Part shown: positions 59,398 through 64,000 of the stretch, one piece after another | Position numbering within the stretch: the first letter of the stretch is position 1 | How the letters are laid out: the number at the start of each line of letters is the position of its first letter | Assembly (NCBI GenBank): GCA_963668315.1 | Contig: OY764216.1 | Span: forward strand, 4,704,001 to 4,768,000 | Direction of reading: 5' to 3' | Source of the DNA: Spirochaetia bacterium | Lineage (GTDB): Bacteria; Spirochaetota; Spirochaetia; DSM-2461 | Length of the DNA stretch: 64,000 nucleotides | Notes under the pieces: generated by a model | Seen by the model: only the letters and a program-made list of their open reading frames with translations | What the model was told of the DNA's origin: nothing | The model's database searches: none | Position numbers and translations under genes: made by a program

Positions 59398-61182
59398 ATG
59401 GAAAAAATGAAGCGAACCGCCACATGCGGTGAATTAAGTGCCCGGGATGAAGGCCGGGATGTCATTCTCAACGGCTGGGTACACCGGAACCGTGATCACG
59501 GGGGTGTACACTTTATTAATCTGAGAGACCGCTACGGTATTACTCAGGTAGTTTTTGACGACACCTGTGACCCGGATCTGAAAGAGCGTGCCGCCTCATT
59601 AAAAATGGAATACTGCGTTGCGGTCAGGGGTACGGTCAGCAAGAGACCGGATTCCATGATCAATAAAGATATGGCGACCGGCGAGATAGAAATAGCCGCC
59701 AAAGAACTGGTGATTCTCACCACATGCGAAACCCTCCCCTTCATGATCGACGGCGATTCCGAGGCGAATGAAACTCTCCGTCTCAAATACCGCTACCTGG
59801 ACCTGCGCCGGGAAAAAATGCAGAAGCACATCGCCCTGCGCCATAAGGTGTCCTTCGCCGTAAGAGAGCACTTTGAAGGCCTGGGATTCTACGATATAGA
59901 AACACCCACTCTTATTAAATCCACTCCGGAAGGAGCCCGGGACTTTCTGGTTCCAGCCCGTATGCAGCCGGGAAAATTCTTTGCCCTGCCCCAGTCTCCC
60001 CAGCTTTACAAGCAGATACTGATGGTATCCGGATTCGACAAGTATTTCCAGATTGCCCACTGCTACCGGGATGAAGACCTGAGAGGGGACAGACAGTTCG
60101 AGTTTACCCAGGTGGACTTTGAGATGAGTTTCGTCTCCAAAGAGGATATCTTCAAAGTCGTGGAAGATCAGATGGTCCATGTCTTCAAGAAAACCCTGAA
60201 TAAGGACATCGTCCCCACCTTTCCCCGCATTACCTACCACGATGCCATGAACACCTACGGAAGCGACAAGCCGGACCTGCGCATCGGGATGGAATTTATC
60301 GATTTTGCTCCCCTTGTACCCAAGGCGGATTTCGGTGTTTTCAAGGCGGCCCTTGAATCGGGCGGAACGGTAAAAGCCATGGTCGTTCCCGGAGCAGCGC
60401 CGGAATACTCCCGGAAAAAGATTTCCGAGCTGGAAGAAACGGCCAAAACCTACGGAGCCAAGGGCCTCGCCTGGATGAAAGTGACCGCCGACGGTCTGGA
60501 CGGTGGAATTGCCAAGTTTTTCGCTCCCCTGACGGAAGAAGTGAAATCCCTCACGGGCGCCAAAGAGAACGACCTGATACTCTTCATGGCATCGGACTGG
60601 AAAACAGCCTGTACTTCCCTCGGCGCCGTCAGAAGCCGTCTGGGCAAAGATCTTAAACTGGCTGATCCGGAGGATTACCGTTTTGCCTGGGTCTACGATT
60701 TCCCCCTCTTTGAGTGGAATGAAGACGAGGAAAAATGGGATCCGGCCCACCATATGTTCTCCATGCCCCAGTACGAATACCTGGACTCCATGGAAGAGAA
60801 CCCCGGCGAAGTCAAGGGTGACCTGTACGACCTGGTCATCAACGGCTACGAACTGGCTTCCGGCTCCATAAGAATCCATGATCCGGAGATCCAGAAGAGA
60901 ATATTCTCCATCGTGGGTTTCCCCGAGGAAGAAGCGGAAGAGCGCTTCGGCTTCCTTCTGGAAGCATTCCGTTACGGCGCTCCCCCCCATGGCGGACTGG
61001 CCTACGGATTGGACAGGCTGGTCATGCTCATGTGCGGGGAAGACTCCCTCAAGGAAGTCATCGCTTTTCCCCGGAACAATACGGGAAGCAACCCCATGGA
61101 CGACTCCCCCGCTCCGGTGGATAAAATCCAGCTTGATGAACTGGGGATACAATTCATTCCCCGGGAAACCGAGGAAAAGTAA
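59398..61182 (+). CDS. aspS: Aspartate-tRNA ligase
   Basis: RDHGGVHFINLRD, RYLDLRR, STPEGARDF, LPQSPQ, YRDEDLRGDRQ, GSIRIH and PPHGG. Confidence 0.97.
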   Translation: MEKMKRTATCGELSARDEGRDVILNGWVHRNRDHGGVHFINLRDRYGITQVVFDDTCDPDLKERAASLKMEYCVAVRGTVSKRPDSMINKDMATGEIEIAAKELVILTTCETLPFMIDGDSEANETLRLKYRYLDLRREKMQKHIALRHKVSFAVREHFEGLGFYDIETPTLIKSTPEGARDFLVPARMQPGKFFALPQSPQLYKQILMVSGFDKYFQIAHCYRDEDLRGDRQFEFTQVDFEMSFVSKEDIFKVVEDQMVHVFKKTLNKDIVPTFPRITYHDAMNTYGSDKPDLRIGMEFIDFAPLVPKADFGVFKAALESGGTVKAMVVPGAAPEYSRKKISELEETAKTYGAKGLAWMKVTADGLDGGIAKFFAPLTEEVKSLTGAKENDLILFMASDWKTACTSLGAVRSRLGKDLKLADPEDYRFAWVYDFPLFEWNEDEEKWDPAHHMFSMPQYEYLDSMEENPGEVKGDLYDLVINGYELASGSIRIHDPEIQKRIFSIVGFPEEEAEERFGFLLEAFRYGAPPHGGLAYGLDRLVMLMCGEDSLKEVIAFPRNNTGSNPMDDSPAPVDKIQLDELGIQFIPRETEEK

Positions 61183-61348
61183 TTTTGCAGGAATAAGGAT
61201 TCTTTCCGCTTTGAGCGGGAAGAGTCCTTTTTTTTCCCGTTTTTTTATCTCTGCTGAACCAGAAAAATCCTGTATCTTTTCTCTCTTGCCGGCAGGTCCA
61301 TTATTATGAAAATCAACAAGGAGTAGATTTTTCTATCATTTACGCCAT

Positions 61349-63718
61349 ATGTCTAAAAAAGTAATTATAACGTTGTTTCTTTCCTTAATTATCCTGGTAC
61401 CTATTCTTTCCCAGAGCGTTCCCATCGATGATGAGACAAAATCGATCCTTGCGGTTCACGAAAAGCGCATAGACGTCATTCAGACCGATCTGGATTACGT
61501 CTGGGTGATTATTTCCGCCGCACTGGTCTTTTTCATGCAGGCCGGTTTCATGTCCCTCGAAGCGGGCATGGCCCGCTCCAAGAACTCGATAAATGTGTCT
61601 ATCAAGAACCTGACGGACTTTGTTCTGGGTGTGATCGGTTTCTGGCTTATCGGTTACGGCATCATGTTCGGCAAATCCTATCACGGCCTTTTCGGTACGA
61701 CCGACTTTGTGATCTCCCTGGAAAATCCCTGGGTCGCCGCCTTCTTTATTTTCCAGGCCGTTTTCGTGGGAACGGCGGCTACCATCGATTCGGGCGCCGT
61801 TTGTGAAAGGGCCAAACTCAAGCAATACATCCTCCTCTCCTTTATTCTGACGATATTCATCTATCCGGTTTTTGGACACTGGGCCTGGGGAAGCTTTCTC
61901 CACGGCAGTGATCCCGCCTCGGGAGGTGCCGGATGGCTGGAAGCCAGGGGATTCAAGGATTTTGCCGGTTCATCGGTGGTTCACAGCGTGGGCGGATGGA
62001 TGGCCCTTGCCGGTGTCATCGTGGTGGGCCCGAGACTCGAAAAATTCGAGATTGATCCCAAGACGGGAAAAAAACTCAAAGCCAGAAAGATTCAGCCTGG
62101 AGACATGCGCTTTGTCTTCCTGGGAACGTTTATCCTCTTTTTCGGCTGGTTCGGATTCAACTGCGGATCCACCCTCGCCGCCACACCGGACATAGCCGGG
62201 ATTGCCCTGAATACGACGCTGTCTGCCTGTTTCGGCTGTGTCGTCAGTTCGGGCCTCAGCTGGATTTTTCATCCGGAAAAAAAGATTGAAGGAGAGATGA
62301 TCGCCAATGGTGTTCTGGCCGGGCTGGTGGGAATTACCGCCGGATGCGCCTTTGTGGATACCGCGGGAGCCGCCATTATCGGTGCCGTATCGGGTTTGAT
62401 AGTCTATTACGGCACGATCCTGCTGGAAAGGGTTCTGAAACTGGATGACGTGGTCGGCGCCGTGCCTGTCCACGGATTCTGCGGCGCCTGGGGAACTCTG
62501 GCGGTCGGTTTTTTCATTAGGGACGATATGCTCGACGGCATGACCCGGTTGGATCAGATCAGCGTGCAGGCCCTGGGTGTGGGCTCCTGTTTCCTATGGG
62601 CCTTCGGACTGGGCCTTCTCTTCTATTACCTCACCGATAAATTTCTGGGGGGAGTACGCGTCAGCGAAGAAGACGAAAGAATCGGGCTGAATGTGACCGA
62701 ACACGGTGCCACCTCCACCCTTCTGGAACTGGCGAACAGTATGGATCAGCTAACCCGGTCGGGTAATTTCGAAGGCCATGCCGGTGTTGTGGTTGACCAT
62801 GGCACCGAGGCGGGAGACCTGGCCCTCATATTCAACAAACTGATCGAAAAAATCCGGGAAGCCCTCTCAGAGAGCCGGAGACAGCAAAACATAGCCGGTG
62901 AGATGCTGGCCGAATCGGAACGGCAGAGAGAGCTGGCCGAGGAGGCCGATGCTAAACTTCGCAGAAATCGGGAAGAGTCCGAAGAGAGACGCAACCGTTA
63001 TATAAATGATGCCGGTTCTCTGGTAGGATCGGTGATTGAGAAAACCGAGGGCATACAGATCGGGATGTCTGATACCAGTATGGTGACCTCCGAGATGTAC
63101 CGCTCCTCACACCAGCTTGCCGACACTCTCAGCGAAATGCTCCGCTCCCTCACGGGCGTTTACGACAAGGTACACGAAGTTGACGAAGTCTCCGGGACGG
63201 CTGCCGAAACGACATCATCCGCCAGGCATACGATCAATGAATTGAAGGGAATAACCAAGGATATCTCCTCCATGATAGGCTTCATCAACGAGCTGGCGGA
63301 GAATACCCATGTCCTCTCCGTCAATTCCGCCATCGAAGCCGCCCGGGCCCATGAAGCGGGAAAAGGGTTTTCCGTCATATCCAGGGAAGTAGCGGCCCTT
63401 TCCAGCCAGACGGCCCAGACAGCCGGCAACATCGAGGACAAGGTGCGGGGCATAAGCGAACGGGTGGCCAATGTGGTCTCCTCCATGGACCGTATAACAT
63501 CCATAGTGGAACAGATCGGCCGTCTGAACAAGGATATGCTCAGGATCATCGAGACGAACGAGTCGTACACCAAGCGACTCGAGTCCCAGTCCCGTGATAA
63601 TATCAAAGTGGTGGACACCGTCAACAGCACCATGAAAAAGATGGCCGACGAGGTTTCCTCGGTGGCCCGGATAGGGGAAGATGTCAGGACGGGTCTTAAG
63701 AAACTGACCGAAGAGTAA
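61349..63718 (+). CDS. Ammonium transporter fused to HAMP-like and methyl-accepting chemotaxis signalling domains
   Basis: Amt motifs FMQAGF, DFAGSSVVH, WFGFNCGS and DDVVGAVPVHG; C-terminal MCP hairpin LAENTHVLSVNSAIEAARAHEAGKGFSVISREV. Confidence 0.92.
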   Translation: MSKKVIITLFLSLIILVPILSQSVPIDDETKSILAVHEKRIDVIQTDLDYVWVIISAALVFFMQAGFMSLEAGMARSKNSINVSIKNLTDFVLGVIGFWLIGYGIMFGKSYHGLFGTTDFVISLENPWVAAFFIFQAVFVGTAATIDSGAVCERAKLKQYILLSFILTIFIYPVFGHWAWGSFLHGSDPASGGAGWLEARGFKDFAGSSVVHSVGGWMALAGVIVVGPRLEKFEIDPKTGKKLKARKIQPGDMRFVFLGTFILFFGWFGFNCGSTLAATPDIAGIALNTTLSACFGCVVSSGLSWIFHPEKKIEGEMIANGVLAGLVGITAGCAFVDTAGAAIIGAVSGLIVYYGTILLERVLKLDDVVGAVPVHGFCGAWGTLAVGFFIRDDMLDGMTRLDQISVQALGVGSCFLWAFGLGLLFYYLTDKFLGGVRVSEEDERIGLNVTEHGATSTLLELANSMDQLTRSGNFEGHAGVVVDHGTEAGDLALIFNKLIEKIREALSESRRQQNIAGEMLAESERQRELAEEADAKLRRNREESEERRNRYINDAGSLVGSVIEKTEGIQIGMSDTSMVTSEMYRSSHQLADTLSEMLRSLTGVYDKVHEVDEVSGTAAETTSSARHTINELKGITKDISSMIGFINELAENTHVLSVNSAIEAARAHEAGKGFSVISREVAALSSQTAQTAGNIEDKVRGISERVANVVSSMDRITSIVEQIGRLNKDMLRIIETNESYTKRLESQSRDNIKVVDTVNSTMKKMADEVSSVARIGEDVRTGLKKLTEE

Positions 63719-63775
63719 AATTAAAGATAAAGGAATTTTCCAGGGAGGCCGGGTTTCCGTCGCCTCCCCGGGAGA

Positions 63776-64000
63776 TTAAAGGCTGTCGGGACTCAAAACT
63801 TCCAGAATCCGGTCCAGATCGTCGGGAGAGTAGTAATCAATCTCGATCTTTCCCTTCTTCAGGGAACCTTTCAGCTGGACCTTTGTTCCGAAATGATCGA
63901 TAAAGCGCTGCTCGATATGCAGAATGTGGGGGTCTTTGCCGGAGAGAGGACCGTTGTCGCCCTTGTCGGAAGACTCTTTTTTCATCCCCCGGTTCAGCTC
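63776..64000 (-). CDS. parB: Chromosome partitioning protein ParB/Spo0J, C-terminal end (partial)
   Basis: IEQRFIDHFGTKVQLKGSLKKGKIEIDYYSPDDLDRIL resembles the ParB dimerisation domain. Confidence 0.8.
   Translation of the reverse strand, partial: ELNRGMKKESSDKGDNGPLSGKDPHILHIEQRFIDHFGTKVQLKGSLKKGKIEIDYYSPDDLDRILEVLSPDSL

Noticed and set aside
59234..59471. Short ORFs with KGERGKG repeats
   Set aside because: These are translation artefacts of the (CCCCTTT)8 tract.
1..64000. CRISPR arrays, tRNA/rRNA, transposases, integrases, prophage genes
   Set aside because: None recognised; the intergenic gaps are short and contain no spaced repeats or cloverleaf-like sequences that I could see.

Overview
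Chromosomal window from an anaerobic, probably free-living spirochaete. This assignment is inferred from a spirochaete-type CheY, a UPF0164/TPR/HAMP-SpoIIE cluster, and solute-binding proteins with A-x-G-x-x-[ED] signal peptides lacking a lipobox Cys. From left to right it contains: a nickel uptake and nickel-pincer cofactor operon (DUF3842, cbiM/nikM, frameshifted cbiQ, cbiO, larE, larC, larB); a redox cluster with a MerR-type promoter; a DinB protein; a Cache-GGDEF cyclase; a LacI-controlled sugar ABC transporter; an outer-membrane protein with a membrane-bound LuxR regulator; a spirochaete envelope cluster; ispH; yajC-secD-secF; a WYL regulator with a divergent candidate sRNA; a nucleoside ABC transporter; folC; an acyl-CoA ligase; an NrdR-controlled class III ribonucleotide reductase operon; cheY; topA; DUF2156; aspS; an Amt-chemoreceptor fusion; and the end of parB. 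The most notable items are (1) a split NrdD whose glycyl-radical loop is on a separate protein fused to a CxxC redoxin, (2) an ammonium transporter fused to a methyl-accepting chemotaxis domain, (3) a ~100-nt candidate sRNA next to the WYL gene, and (4) a (CCCCTTT)8 repeat abutting the aspS promoter. No CRISPR array, rRNA, tRNA or mobile element was recognised. All family calls come from motif recognition by eye; no database search was run.
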